Below are positions 47,129 to 56,366 of a stretch of DNA of 64,000 nucleotides, piece after piece (positions within the stretch are counted from its first letter, which is position 1; each line of letters begins with the position of its first letter). This stretch comes from an uncultured Rhabdochlamydiaceae bacterium (GTDB lineage: Bacteria > Chlamydiota > Chlamydiia > Chlamydiales > Rhabdochlamydiaceae). The notes beneath the pieces are model-generated. The model worked only from the letters and a program-made list of their open reading frames with translations, made no database searches and had not been told where the DNA came from. The DNA lies in assembly GCA_963712275.1 (NCBI GenBank), contig CAVQHD010000001.1:32001-96000 (forward strand), read 5' to 3'. A program made the translations under genes and the position numbers.

Positions 47129-47695
47129 CTACAGAGGTCTCGACGATGACTTTGCCTTTTTCAATTCTTCCTCAAAATGGAGAAACTTTTTCTCTTGCCT
47201 CTCGGCTATTGCCCATTCACGTATTTTTTTTATATTGACCTTGTTATCCAAGCATACAATTATAGCTTGCTCCAGACTTTGTCTATCGCTCCAATAGAAA
47301 AAACCTGCAAGACGATCTTTCACACAATCTTCAGTGGAGAGCAATTTAAACGTTCCGTATTTCGTCTTCATTCTCTTAAGTTCTTTATCTTTAACAACTT
47401 CCTCTCCAATGAAAACAGCCGAAGCCACAAAATCTATTAAAAATTCGCATTCTGGGTGCTGAAAATATTTCCCTCGGTGAATAAAGCCAAGCTTTGCAAG
47501 AGAATTTTTAATTTCTATGTTGTCGGAATAGCTAGCATAGTCTAAGTCTTGAGACACATATTTGTTCTTCGAATAGATTGTCACGCAAGAGCCTCCAACC
47601 AAAACAGCATCAATACCATCATTTTTTAAATGTTGATAAATCAATGCAGCAAGATCTTTTGTCGCAATCGTTTTCCAATTGATATCTTTTTTCAC
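47129..47695 (-). CDS. Nucleotidyltransferase-fold protein (AbiEii/DUF6036-like toxin candidate)
   Basis: AVLVGGSCV.IY....YVSQDLD (GG + DxD), LSTEDCVKDRL. Confidence 0.65.
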   Translation of the reverse strand: MKKDINWKTIATKDLAALIYQHLKNDGIDAVLVGGSCVTIYSKNKYVSQDLDYASYSDNIEIKNSLAKLGFIHRGKYFQHPECEFLIDFVASAVFIGEEVVKDKELKRMKTKYGTFKLLSTEDCVKDRLAGFFYWSDRQSLEQAIIVCLDNKVNIKKIREWAIAERQEKKFLHFEEELKKAKSSSRPL

Positions 47696-48027
47696 AAGGG
47701 TTTGCCTGTTTTTCTTGGACGTTTTCGGATAGGTCTCTCATAGTATTTTTTCTTAATAGTGTCCGGCAATGAAGAATACGCTTTTGAGATAAACGATTTA
47801 AAATCTGCGAGAAAAGGATATCGTGGATTCCAATGATATAATCTATTTCGGCCCTCTATTGTACTGACAAGAATTCCCTGGTTCTCTAGACGTATAAGGG
47901 CTCTTTGAATACCAAAAATAGGAATCCCAAAAGCTTGACGAAGCTCATTAGCAAAGCATTTATCGTTAGATATCATGTAAAAGAGCACCTTCTCAATAAG
48001 ACGGCTATTAAATAACTGCTCGAACAT
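47692..48027 (-). CDS. Winged-HTH regulator/antitoxin partner
   Basis: LF.S....KVL....IQRAL.RLE..GIL.S...GR.RLY..NP; 4-nt overlap with the NTase gene. Confidence 0.7.
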   Translation of the reverse strand: MFEQLFNSRLIEKVLFYMISNDKCFANELRQAFGIPIFGIQRALIRLENQGILVSTIEGRNRLYHWNPRYPFLADFKSFISKAYSSLPDTIKKKYYERPIRKRPRKTGKPL

Positions 48028-48028
48028 A

Positions 48029-48074
48029 TTACCACCTTTAGTGGTAACTTTACCACTAGTCGTGGTATAAGTAA
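48029..48074 (-). promoter_or_regulatory. 46-bp direct repeat, copy 2: promoter/operator of the wHTH-NTase pair
   Basis: Immediately upstream of ATG; palindrome TAGTGGTAA-CT-TTACCACTA overlapping a TTACTT-N16-TAAAGT promoter-like sequence on the minus strand. Confidence 0.6.
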
Positions 48075-48095
48075 ATAGAAAAAAACAGCCTGCAA

Positions 48096-48302
48096 TTACG
48101 CAAATAGGAGGAAGCGGGAGATCAGATAGAGTGGATAGTTATAGATATTCCCATCGTGCTTGAGGTTCATGAGAGTTGCTCGAGAGCATTTAGAGGGTGA
48201 ATACTTATCCTTATAAACAAGGAGGCTCTTTTTCTTTTGACTGCTTCCTGCCTTGACTTCAAGCGGATAAATCTCATGATCTCCTTCGATTAGAAAATCA
48301 AT
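48096..48302 (-). pseudogene. C-terminal fragment of an AAA+/DUF4143 protein
   Basis: Hand translation IDFLIEGDHEIYPLEVKAGSSQKKKSL...NYPLYL...* (D...EVK motif); in-frame stop just upstream, no start codon. Confidence 0.7.
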
Positions 48303-48508
48303 TTGTATAGATTTATCAAGAAATATCTATATTTTCTTCATCTTCAACTGCTGCCAACCCTTACCCAATAGCAATCGATCTTCTGGAAAAGATCAATAAT
48401 TCCCTCATAAAACGTGGAAGTTTTCACGTTTTTCCATAGAAAAACGTGTAACTAAACCACGTTTTCCCATGGAAAAAGCGGCAATCTATTAATTATAAAT
48501 AACTTACG

Positions 48509-49906
48509 CTACTCAGACAGGCTCCTCCCCGCGAAAGGAGAGAGGCGGCGGAAGAGAAAGACCGATGAGGCGACCAAGATTGCTAACCCTGCCCAAGCAT
48601 GCCTAAAAGCTGAGAGAGGAATAAAAAAAGAAAAAGTCGACAAGTTGGTCAAGAGAAGAAGCGCTGTCGTCATGCATACGCCAAAATTCATTGCTAGCAG
48701 CTGGACAATGCTGCTCAGACTTGTCGCCTTCGATTTGTCGTCCTCTTCAATATCAACAAAATTGAGAAGGTTCATGTAGGTAAATTGGAGCGAGCAGAAA
48801 AATCCGGTTGTGAATATGAAAGCGAGGGTTAAGTAAATAGGCAGCCCAGGACTTATGCAAGCTAGTAATAAAAGATTCGCCGCAACCAAAAGCGGATTGA
48901 TCAAAAGCAGCTTTTTGAAGCCAAATCGTTTGAGCAGAGGATGTGCAATCGGTTTTGCCAAGAGCATTGCAACTCCGAAGGGAGCTGTACACAGACCCGA
49001 TATGAGAGGACTGAAGTCAAAATTCAATTGAAAAAGCAACGGGAGTAAAAAAGGAATGCCTCCAATCCCAATACGCACGATCAGACTGCCTAAGACAGAA
49101 ATGCGAAATGTGTTGATAGCAAACAACTTAAGATCAAGCAAGGGGTGCGCTATTCTTCGAGACCTCCAGAGATAAAAGAGGAGGAAGGGAATGCTCCCTC
49201 CCAGTAAAAGAATCCCCAAAGAAGTCTGGGCTGCTTGTTCAGTAAGCAAAGTAAGAGCAAACGTCAGCAAGCTTATCCCGATGCCAAAGACCGCAAATCC
49301 GTAAAAATCAAACCGCCTTTGGTTTTCATAAGTCATGTTTTCCATGAAATATAAGATGAAGAAAAAAGCGATCAACCCGATCGGCACATTGACGAAAAAA
49401 ATCAGACGCCAGTTAGCAAAAGTCGTGAGAACTCCTCCAATCAAAGGCCCCAAAGCAGGTCCTACCTGCCCTAAAAGCATCAATCGGCTAAATGCTTCCA
49501 CGAGCTGAGAACGAGGATAGACTTTAATGAGGATCAGACGTCCTACTGGCGTCATCATCGCCCCTCCGATCCCTTGAATCAGCCGTCCAACGACCAGCAT
49601 GGTCAGCGTTGTTGCAAATCCGCAGAGAGCCGAGCCGAAAAGAAAAACAGCCATCGCACTTAAGAAAACTCTTTTTGTCCCATACCTGTCTGCCATATAG
49701 CCGCTAATCGGAATAAAGGCGGCTAAAGTCAGCACATAACTGGTGATCCCAATTTTTAAATTAATTGGATAGACCCCAAGCGCATGCGCCATTTGAGGAA
49801 TGGCAGTATTGATAATCGTGCTGTCGAGATTTTCTAAAAAAAGACCAATCCCAACAATCCACGCAATTAATCCGCTTGTGGCCGATGAAGGATTCTTTTT
49901 CTGCAT
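48509..49906 (-). CDS. MFS drug:H+ antiporter (DHA2, 14 TM)
   Basis: LDSTIINTAIP, SGYMADRYG.KR, GRLIQGIGGA, GPALGPLIGG, WRLIFFVNVPIG. Confidence 0.92.
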   Translation of the reverse strand: MQKKNPSSATSGLIAWIVGIGLFLENLDSTIINTAIPQMAHALGVYPINLKIGITSYVLTLAAFIPISGYMADRYGTKRVFLSAMAVFLFGSALCGFATTLTMLVVGRLIQGIGGAMMTPVGRLILIKVYPRSQLVEAFSRLMLLGQVGPALGPLIGGVLTTFANWRLIFFVNVPIGLIAFFFILYFMENMTYENQRRFDFYGFAVFGIGISLLTFALTLLTEQAAQTSLGILLLGGSIPFLLFYLWRSRRIAHPLLDLKLFAINTFRISVLGSLIVRIGIGGIPFLLPLLFQLNFDFSPLISGLCTAPFGVAMLLAKPIAHPLLKRFGFKKLLLINPLLVAANLLLLACISPGLPIYLTLAFIFTTGFFCSLQFTYMNLLNFVDIEEDDKSKATSLSSIVQLLAMNFGVCMTTALLLLTNLSTFSFFIPLSAFRHAWAGLAILVASSVFLFRRLSPFAGRSLSE

Positions 49907-49960
49907 AACCTTTTCCTGAAAATAAAGAAAAATTGAAATTTACCCTAAAGAAAATAAGCA

Positions 49961-50156
49961 AGGCATAGGAAATTAGAACAAATGTTTGAAACTTTTGCCC
50001 ACTCGTGCTTATTTTCATTTCTTCACCACGGAGAGGGATGAGATTGCACAGAGAAAAAATTCCTCTGTGCAATCTCATCCCTCTCCGTGGTGAAGAAATG
50101 AAAATAAGCACGAGTGGGCAAAAGTTTCAAACATTTGTTCTAATTACCCATGCCCT
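49961..50156. mobile_element. Palindrome element, family C, copy 2
   Basis: 83-bp perfect arms (49971-50053 / 50063-50145), termini GGCATAGGAAATTAG...CTAATTACCCATGCCC. Confidence 0.85.
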
Positions 50157-50233
50157 GGGAAAACAAGTGGTCTTATCGGTTTTTGTTTGTCTAAATTGTC
50201 CTGTTTCTATTATGACGAAAATAGTACGCATGA

Positions 50234-50512
50234 ATGGCGATAGGAAAGCCTCATGCATACAAATGTAAGTCGAGGAGGGTCGTTGTGAAAGTTGAACCAA
50301 AGCACATTTATACAGGATCGGTCAATCTACCGAAAAAGGCACAGCTGCCAGGAGTCGCTAAGATCTTTAAAGCTAAAGCTCCTTTCAGTAAGGACGCTCC
50401 ACCTCTTGAAAGCCGTGTAGAGCTTAGAAAACCGACGAAAAATGATCGCCGGCTGACAAAGCAAGTTCAATCGCTGATACGTAAGATTCCAACTCCTTTT
50501 CTCAAAAAATAA
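50234..50512 (+). CDS. Small Lys-rich hypothetical protein
   Basis: 92-aa basic ORF (alternative GTG start after GGAGG near 50285). Confidence 0.5.
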   Translation: MAIGKPHAYKCKSRRVVVKVEPKHIYTGSVNLPKKAQLPGVAKIFKAKAPFSKDAPPLESRVELRKPTKNDRRLTKQVQSLIRKIPTPFLKK

Positions 50513-50522
50513 GTCCTAAATT

Positions 50523-51239
50523 TCAATCGAATGCCCATTCAAAGCAAGGTGATGTAAATTCTGCTTCAACATGGGTCGACCAGCCGGGTATCGGCGAAAT
50601 CAGCTGGGCTCCCTGCTGCCCGAGAGCAAGAAACTTGTCATGGTCGGCGGTGATGCGGCGCCCTAAGGAAAATTGCCGGTGGACCTGTAGATGGTTTGCA
50701 AGGGTTTGAAACCGCATGGCGTAGGTGTTGGTCGTGGAAGGGGTTGTTCTCCAATGGCAGGTTGAGGTGTGAAAAAGCTTAGATCGAAGGTCGCAATAGA
50801 CGGGTAAGGAGTATTTGTCGCGATGATCGAAAAGGGTCACATATGAAGCTTCAGGGATTGTGAACCCTTCCAAAAGAACATCGACCCATCCTTCTCGATG
50901 AAGGTAATCATCCTCTAAAAAATAGAGGATTGTATCGGGATCGAGCTCTAGAGACATCACATGGTCAAGAAGCCGAAGAAACGAGCCTGTTTCGCTCCCT
51001 TCCTTGATTTCAAGGACAGGAAATTCTGTTTGACGAAGGATGAAATGGGGTGCCTGGGCGGGATGAAACGCATCTAAGAGAAAGGTGATCTCAACTCTCC
51101 TACGGTCAACTGTTTTGAGCAGATTCTCATGGCACTTTTGACGTGAAAATCCAGGCAGCCGATGTTTATGTTGACTCACCTCGGTAAAGTGGCAATGCCT
51201 AACAAAGAGTTGAATTTTTTGTTTTTTTCTCCAAAACAT
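50523..51239 (-). CDS. Glycosyltransferase-like hypothetical protein
   Basis: YFLEDDYLH (GT-A-like acidic motif), STTNT, ISPIPGWSTH. Confidence 0.55.
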   Translation of the reverse strand: MFWRKKQKIQLFVRHCHFTEVSQHKHRLPGFSRQKCHENLLKTVDRRRVEITFLLDAFHPAQAPHFILRQTEFPVLEIKEGSETGSFLRLLDHVMSLELDPDTILYFLEDDYLHREGWVDVLLEGFTIPEASYVTLFDHRDKYSLPVYCDLRSKLFHTSTCHWRTTPSTTNTYAMRFQTLANHLQVHRQFSLGRRITADHDKFLALGQQGAQLISPIPGWSTHVEAEFTSPCFEWAFD

Positions 51240-51251
51240 TTAGAGACTATC

Positions 51252-51665
51252 TTAGAGTTTTAGTTGCGTGATGAGGATGCGGCACATCTCTTTGGTTTCC
51301 TGAAATGTCAAATGATGTGCCGCTTCTTTTAAAAGAACCCACTTTGCATCTTGGATCTCCTCTGGCTGAAGCCGAACTTCTCCTTTAACGAGAGCTGGAA
51401 AATACTGAACGGTTTTGACAATTGTTTGCCCTTTTCGGCGAAATTCATACTGCTCAACCAAAGGGGTTTCCTGTAAGAGTTTTTCAACTTCAAGCCCTGT
51501 TTCTTCTTGGAGTTCCCGTTTAGCAGATTCAAGCGGCGTTTCACCGATGTTGCTGCGCCCTTTTGGAAAAGCCCAATGCCGTCCTCCGCGATGTAAAATT
51601 AAAAGAACGGTCCACACCTCCTCCTGTTTCTGCAAAGGGATAATGCCAAATGATGATTCTTGCAT
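51252..51665 (-). CDS. NUDIX hydrolase (Ap4A hydrolase-like)
   Basis: WAFPKG....GETPLESAKRELQEETG Nudix box; follows fabF as in Chlamydia. Confidence 0.9.
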   Translation of the reverse strand: MQESSFGIIPLQKQEEVWTVLLILHRGGRHWAFPKGRSNIGETPLESAKRELQEETGLEVEKLLQETPLVEQYEFRRKGQTIVKTVQYFPALVKGEVRLQPEEIQDAKWVLLKEAAHHLTFQETKEMCRILITQLKL

Positions 51666-51667
51666 CT

Positions 51668-52930
51668 TTATTTTCCGGTGGTATAGGGGCCAAAAACAAG
51701 GGTCGAATTATGCCCGCCGAATCCAAACGAATTTGACAGCGCTGCTGTCACCTGTTTGAGGCGAGGCTGATTGGGAATATAGTCCATATCTGCAATGATC
51801 TCTTCAGGTTCATCGACGTTGATCGTTGGATGTAGCTTCCCTGTCTGAATCGCTTTAATCGTTGCAATCGCCTCAATTCCTCCGGCAGCTCCCAAACAAT
51901 GTCCAATCATCGATTTTGTTGCGCTGATCGAAAGATGTTTGGCATGAGCTCCAAAGTACTTCTTTATTCCCAAAATCTCACACACATCTCCGACGAGGGT
52001 CGATGTGGCATGAGCGTTAATATAGTTCACCTGCTCTTTGGGAATCTCAGCATCGGCAATGGCAAGCTCAATACATTCTGCAACGCCCGACCCATCTTCT
52101 CGAGGAGAGGTCATATGGTAAGCGTCGCAACCTACGCCCCCTCCAAGATACTCAGCAAAAATGGGAGCTCCTCGCTTGAGGGCATGTTCAAGCTCCTCTA
52201 AAACGAGAACGCCGGCCCCCTCTCCCATGACAAAGCCGTCTCTCTTTTTATCCCAAGGGCGAGAGGCTTTTTGCGGCATATCATTTCTCTCCGAGAGCGC
52301 TTTGCAAGCAATGAACCCTGCAAGCCCAATTGGCGTCAAAGGAGCCTCGGCCCCTCCACACAACACAACATCTGCTTCGCCGCGGCGGATATGCTGCGCT
52401 GCTGCAAAGATGCAGTAGTTGGAAGTTGCACAGGCTGTCGAAATTGAATAATTAGGGCCTGTAAAGCCAAGATCAATTGCAAGAAGGGCTCCGCCCATAT
52501 TGGTGATAATAAAGGGAACAAAGAAGGGAGAAATCCGTCGGTATCCATCTTTCAAAAGCGTTTCAACCCCTTCCGAAAATGTCTTCATCCCTCCCATTCC
52601 GGAACCGATCACAATGCCGCACCTGCTCTTATTAAGACGCATCAATGCGTCCCCTGAAAGCAAGCTTTGCTCCAGTGCTTTTTTACCAGCAACCGCGGTA
52701 TATCGAATGAAAGGATCAACGCGTCTAGCCTGCTTTTTGTCCAGGTAATCTCCGACATCAAACTGCCGGATAGCTCCTGCAAAGCGTGTAGGATAATTTT
52801 CACAAGGGAACTCTTCAATTGGAACAATCCCACTTTGCCCTTTCAGAAGCTGATCATAAAATAGGTCGACGTCATTGCCGAAGCAAGAGACAATGCCCAT
52901 ACCTGTAACTACAATTCTTTTCTTAGTCAT
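51668..52930 (-). CDS. fabF: 3-oxoacyl-ACP synthase II
   Basis: RIVVTGMG, GPNYSISTACATS, DGFVMGEGAG, YINAHATST, KSMIGH, SNSFGFGGHN. Confidence 0.96.
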   Translation of the reverse strand: MTKKRIVVTGMGIVSCFGNDVDLFYDQLLKGQSGIVPIEEFPCENYPTRFAGAIRQFDVGDYLDKKQARRVDPFIRYTAVAGKKALEQSLLSGDALMRLNKSRCGIVIGSGMGGMKTFSEGVETLLKDGYRRISPFFVPFIITNMGGALLAIDLGFTGPNYSISTACATSNYCIFAAAQHIRRGEADVVLCGGAEAPLTPIGLAGFIACKALSERNDMPQKASRPWDKKRDGFVMGEGAGVLVLEELEHALKRGAPIFAEYLGGGVGCDAYHMTSPREDGSGVAECIELAIADAEIPKEQVNYINAHATSTLVGDVCEILGIKKYFGAHAKHLSISATKSMIGHCLGAAGGIEAIATIKAIQTGKLHPTINVDEPEEIIADMDYIPNQPRLKQVTAALSNSFGFGGHNSTLVFGPYTTGK

Positions 52931-53000
52931 AGGAAAAGGATAACGGAAAGAATCAATTACTTCAATCGATTATCTTTTGAACAGGACTGATATAATTTAT

Positions 53001-53366
53001 TTAATATGAAGTACTTGTGTCAATTTGAAGATCGAGAATTTGACTTTCTCTCCAAAGATCTTCTAGCCGGTATCGATCACGCAACCCAGGCATGAAAAGG
53101 TGCACCATGATCTCCAAGAAATCGAGGACAATCCAATCCCCTGTTTTGAGCCCTTCAACGCAGATGGGCTTGATACCTTCTTCTTTAAGCGCTTTGATCA
53201 CAGCTTCCGCAATAGCAATGACATGCCGATCGACGTTTCCTTCAGCAATGATCACATAATCGGTGAGAGAAGAGATTCCACGAACATCGAGGCCTAGGAT
53301 ATTAAACCCTTTTTTATCAAAAATCACCTGCGCTATCCGATTTAAAGTCGTGATAGAGCTATTCAT
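53001..53366 (-). CDS. rsfS: Ribosome silencing factor
   Basis: DKKG..I..LDV, DYVIIAEG..RHV.AIA, WIVLD, VHLF....RDRYRLE.LW; ATG overlaps nadD stop. Confidence 0.92.
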   Translation of the reverse strand: MNSSITTLNRIAQVIFDKKGFNILGLDVRGISSLTDYVIIAEGNVDRHVIAIAEAVIKALKEEGIKPICVEGLKTGDWIVLDFLEIMVHLFMPGLRDRYRLEDLWRESQILDLQIDTSTSY

Positions 53367-53971
53367 GCCAAAGTTTGATAAAGTCGATGTGCTTGAATGT
53401 AATCCCATACTTTTCCTGGTAGTAAATGACCTGCATATTGCTCTTTTTCGATCCTTGCGCGAACCCAAGAGCTGCTAATCTCTAAGCGTGGAATGGACGT
53501 CCACCCTTTCTTTAAGAGCTGGCGAAAAACAGGAGAACATCCTTTGAACTGAAAAGCCACCTCTTTTTCTCGACTTCCTACAAGAGGAGAAGCGAGCTGA
53601 ATCAATTCATCTACTTCCTTCCACGTTGGAAGCGATGCTGCCGCATCTTCACCAAGAAAAAGGCAATACTGCTTCGTGCTGCCCCCATCTGCCTCAATAA
53701 GGGCTCGAATGGTATCAATCGTGTAACAAGGGTCTGTGTTTTGCAGCTCGGTATCTAGAAGCGTGAAGTGTGGGAAAGGGGCTATTGCCGCTGTGACCAT
53801 CGCCCGGCGGTGCTCTTTAGAGGCATAAGGCAGCCTCAGCCTCTTATGCGGAGATTGGCTTGTCGGACAAAAGAAGACCTCATCGATTCCATGCCGCTCA
53901 GAAAGCTCTAAAGCAAGATGTAAGTGTCCATTATGAATAGGATCGAAGCTTCCTCCAAAAAATCCTTTCAA
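53363..53971 (-). CDS. nadD: Nicotinate-nucleotide adenylyltransferase
   Basis: GGSFDPIHNGH, SPHK, YTIDT, LGED, ISSSWVR. Confidence 0.93.
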   Translation of the reverse strand: MKGFFGGSFDPIHNGHLHLALELSERHGIDEVFFCPTSQSPHKRLRLPYASKEHRRAMVTAAIAPFPHFTLLDTELQNTDPCYTIDTIRALIEADGGSTKQYCLFLGEDAAASLPTWKEVDELIQLASPLVGSREKEVAFQFKGCSPVFRQLLKKGWTSIPRLEISSSWVRARIEKEQYAGHLLPGKVWDYIQAHRLYQTLA

Positions 53972-54675
53972 ATCACTCTCCAGTTACATTGTTTGGCAAT
54001 TTTTGCAAGCCTTCGATCTGGATTAACGGCGACAGGGTCTCCTGCCTGTAGAAATAAGGGAAGGTCGTCGTGGCTATCTGAATAAACAACCGTTTGTTTT
54101 TTGGAAATCCCCAAGCGCCTTTGAATATTCAGAAGTGACTGCCTTTTTCTTGACCCTACCATCAATTTTGAAATCTTACATAAACACCGCTCTTTGTCAA
54201 CTCCATAAACAGTGCTATCCCAATATTGAATCTTAAAATAAGTTGCAAAAGCCCTGACAAGAAAATCAGGCGCGCTGGAAAGCAGCACAATATAATCCCC
54301 CCGTTTTTGAGCCTCTTTGAGCTCATAAAAAGCCGGCTCATAAATAGCTGATGGAAGCAATTGTTTCACAAATTCTTCCACATGAGATTCAAGCGATTCG
54401 ATTGAAAAACCCTTGAGAATTTTATTAAAAACGAGATGGTGAAGATCTTCCAAACTCATTGAAGAGAGAAAAAATTTCCATCGAATAAAAAAAGCCCGCG
54501 CAATCGTTATCATTGAAACAACTCCTCTTTGATAGAGACTTTTCATATAATAATAGCTTGACGTCACAGAAATTAATGTGCGATCCAGATCGAAAACAAT
54601 CAGCTGAGTGTTAGGGCCCTTAGAGGGCACTTTCAAGCTTATCAATCTGGTTTTCAAGTTTTTCAATGGTTGCAT
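53968..54675 (-). CDS. HAD-IB family hydrolase
   Basis: FDLDRTL, LSSAP, YSDSHDDLP....DPVAVNPD. Confidence 0.88.
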   Translation of the reverse strand: MQPLKNLKTRLISLKVPSKGPNTQLIVFDLDRTLISVTSSYYYMKSLYQRGVVSMITIARAFFIRWKFFLSSMSLEDLHHLVFNKILKGFSIESLESHVEEFVKQLLPSAIYEPAFYELKEAQKRGDYIVLLSSAPDFLVRAFATYFKIQYWDSTVYGVDKERCLCKISKLMVGSRKRQSLLNIQRRLGISKKQTVVYSDSHDDLPLFLQAGDPVAVNPDRRLAKIAKQCNWRVI

Positions 54676-56221
54676 TCACTTTATCCAATCGATCTTGTTC
54701 ACTATCGATCAGTTCACGATAACGGATGGCCTTTTCAAAATCAAACCCGGAACTGGCAACTGCCTTGCGGTAAGTCTTCAGCTCGCTCTGAATCTCATTT
54801 CTCTGCCCTTCCCACTCTTCAAGAGCTTGGTAGAGATGATCCAGAGACTCTTTTTGCTCAGAAGAGAGCTGAGAGATCGCTTTTTCTTTTTTATCGATGA
54901 TCGCATCTCTGAGCATTTTCAGTTCATGTTCCAAAAGTTCTCGCTCTGCATGAGAAAGCGGGAGAAGATTGCACTCTTGCTGCAACCGTTCTTTTACCGC
55001 AGCAAGCTCTTCCATAGGCGTCTCGGAGACTTTTTCCATCACCTCTTTAATGCGGTGTTTAAACTGCTCGATTTTTTCTCGTTGCTGACGCTCCATTTCT
55101 TCGACTTTCTTTTCACGCGCTTCTTGATGTTTTGCAAGCCTCTCTTGAATGGGCGAGCGCGCTTTTGCAAGCTGCTCTTTAAGATAATGGATCTCATCAC
55201 GCCCGAGTTCAATTGTTTTCATAAATGTTAAAATTTCTTTCGTTTGCTTTGAAGCCTCTTCATCTGTGAATGTCTCAACTAAGCATCGCTCTGCAAACGG
55301 CTTAATTTTATCCATGACAAGCAGAACATTTTTCTGATTTGCCTCCCGCCTTTCTGAAAGCTCTTTCTTCCACTCTTGATCTTTCTCCTTGAGTAAATCC
55401 CAACACCGGCTGAGCTCAAAACGCATCTTGTTAAATGTTTGTGTATCAAGGGTGAGTTCTTTGGCCATCATCTGAAGCGCCTTAATCCCATTCCTTAAAT
55501 CAAAAATCGATTGGTGGGAAAAACTGTTTTCAGAAAAATGGGTCTCAGAAAACCGCATGACATCTTTTAAAAACTCGGTTGAGATCTGATGGATGAGCTC
55601 TTTTCGTTTAGGAAAAATCTGGTCCCCCGCATGCGAGAGTCTATCGAAAAGCTTGTTCTTAATCCGGATGCGCATCTCTGTCTTAATGATCTCTTTCCGA
55701 AGGCTCGTGACACGTGTTGCAAGGACATTCAAAAGGTAGAGCTCGCGCTGAAGCGATGCATAAAGCTCTTTTTTCTCCATCGGCAGCTGAGCCCCTTCCG
55801 GAATCTGAATATCGACAACTTGCTCTAGAAGCTCACTCAACCTTCCAAGATCTGTCTCGAGCGCCTGAATCGCAAGATCAATTTGTTCGACCGCAAATGC
55901 AGACTCTTCATCTAAAAATACTTTTAATTGACGGGCTTGTGCTGAAAGTTCTGTGTAATCGTGCCAAAGCTGAGAGCGATCCAGAACGGCTAGCGGCTCT
56001 TTAAAAAGTGGGAGGCAGGCATGTTTCGCATCCCAATAATCTTTGAATCGAGGAGTTTTCTCCTCCAAGACCCCCTTCATAAAGGCAAGATAAGATCTGA
56101 TTTTCTCTTCCATTGAAGGAATAGCCTCAAGCTTTTTGGTCAGCTCTTTGACAGCTGGCGACACCGTCTTTTCTTTAATTTTCTCTTTATCAGATGAGGT
56201 AAGTTCTGTTTCACGATCCAT
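54620..56221 (-). CDS. Conserved chlamydial coiled-coil protein (CT768-like by position)
   Basis: Long charged helical protein between miaA and rsfS/fabF, matching chlamydial synteny. Confidence 0.65.
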   Translation of the reverse strand: MDRETELTSSDKEKIKEKTVSPAVKELTKKLEAIPSMEEKIRSYLAFMKGVLEEKTPRFKDYWDAKHACLPLFKEPLAVLDRSQLWHDYTELSAQARQLKVFLDEESAFAVEQIDLAIQALETDLGRLSELLEQVVDIQIPEGAQLPMEKKELYASLQRELYLLNVLATRVTSLRKEIIKTEMRIRIKNKLFDRLSHAGDQIFPKRKELIHQISTEFLKDVMRFSETHFSENSFSHQSIFDLRNGIKALQMMAKELTLDTQTFNKMRFELSRCWDLLKEKDQEWKKELSERREANQKNVLLVMDKIKPFAERCLVETFTDEEASKQTKEILTFMKTIELGRDEIHYLKEQLAKARSPIQERLAKHQEAREKKVEEMERQQREKIEQFKHRIKEVMEKVSETPMEELAAVKERLQQECNLLPLSHAERELLEHELKMLRDAIIDKKEKAISQLSSEQKESLDHLYQALEEWEGQRNEIQSELKTYRKAVASSGFDFEKAIRYRELIDSEQDRLDKVNATIEKLENQIDKLESAL

Positions 56222-56280
56222 AGATGTCCATTTTTCAAAATTAGAAGAAGAGTCTAAACGAAACCACGATTTTATGGTAG

Positions 56281-56357
56281 AGAGCTAGTTGCAAAACTCC
56301 AATTTGGGGCCAAACTCGATGAATTTGGCCCCAAATTGGAGTTTTGCAACTGGCTCT
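56281..56357. repeat. 34-bp-arm hairpin element (family D) downstream of miaA
   Basis: AGAGCTAGTTGCAAAACTCCAATTTGGGGCCAAA / TTTGGCCCCAAATTGGAGTTTTGCAACTGGCTCT, one T.G mismatch. Confidence 0.75.
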
Positions 56358-56366
56358 AGAGGAAGT

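Noticed and set aside
49761..50268. Mirror ORFs MLIFISSPRRGMRLHR on both strands (also 4542-4784, 4558-4746, 20776-21279, 56289-56561)
   Set aside because: These are by-products of palindromic elements or the tRNA; there is no coding evidence.
54608..55231. 207-aa plus-strand Phe/Leu-rich ORF
   Set aside because: Antisense shadow of the Glu/Lys-rich coiled-coil gene; most other short overlapping ORFs in the track were rejected likewise.
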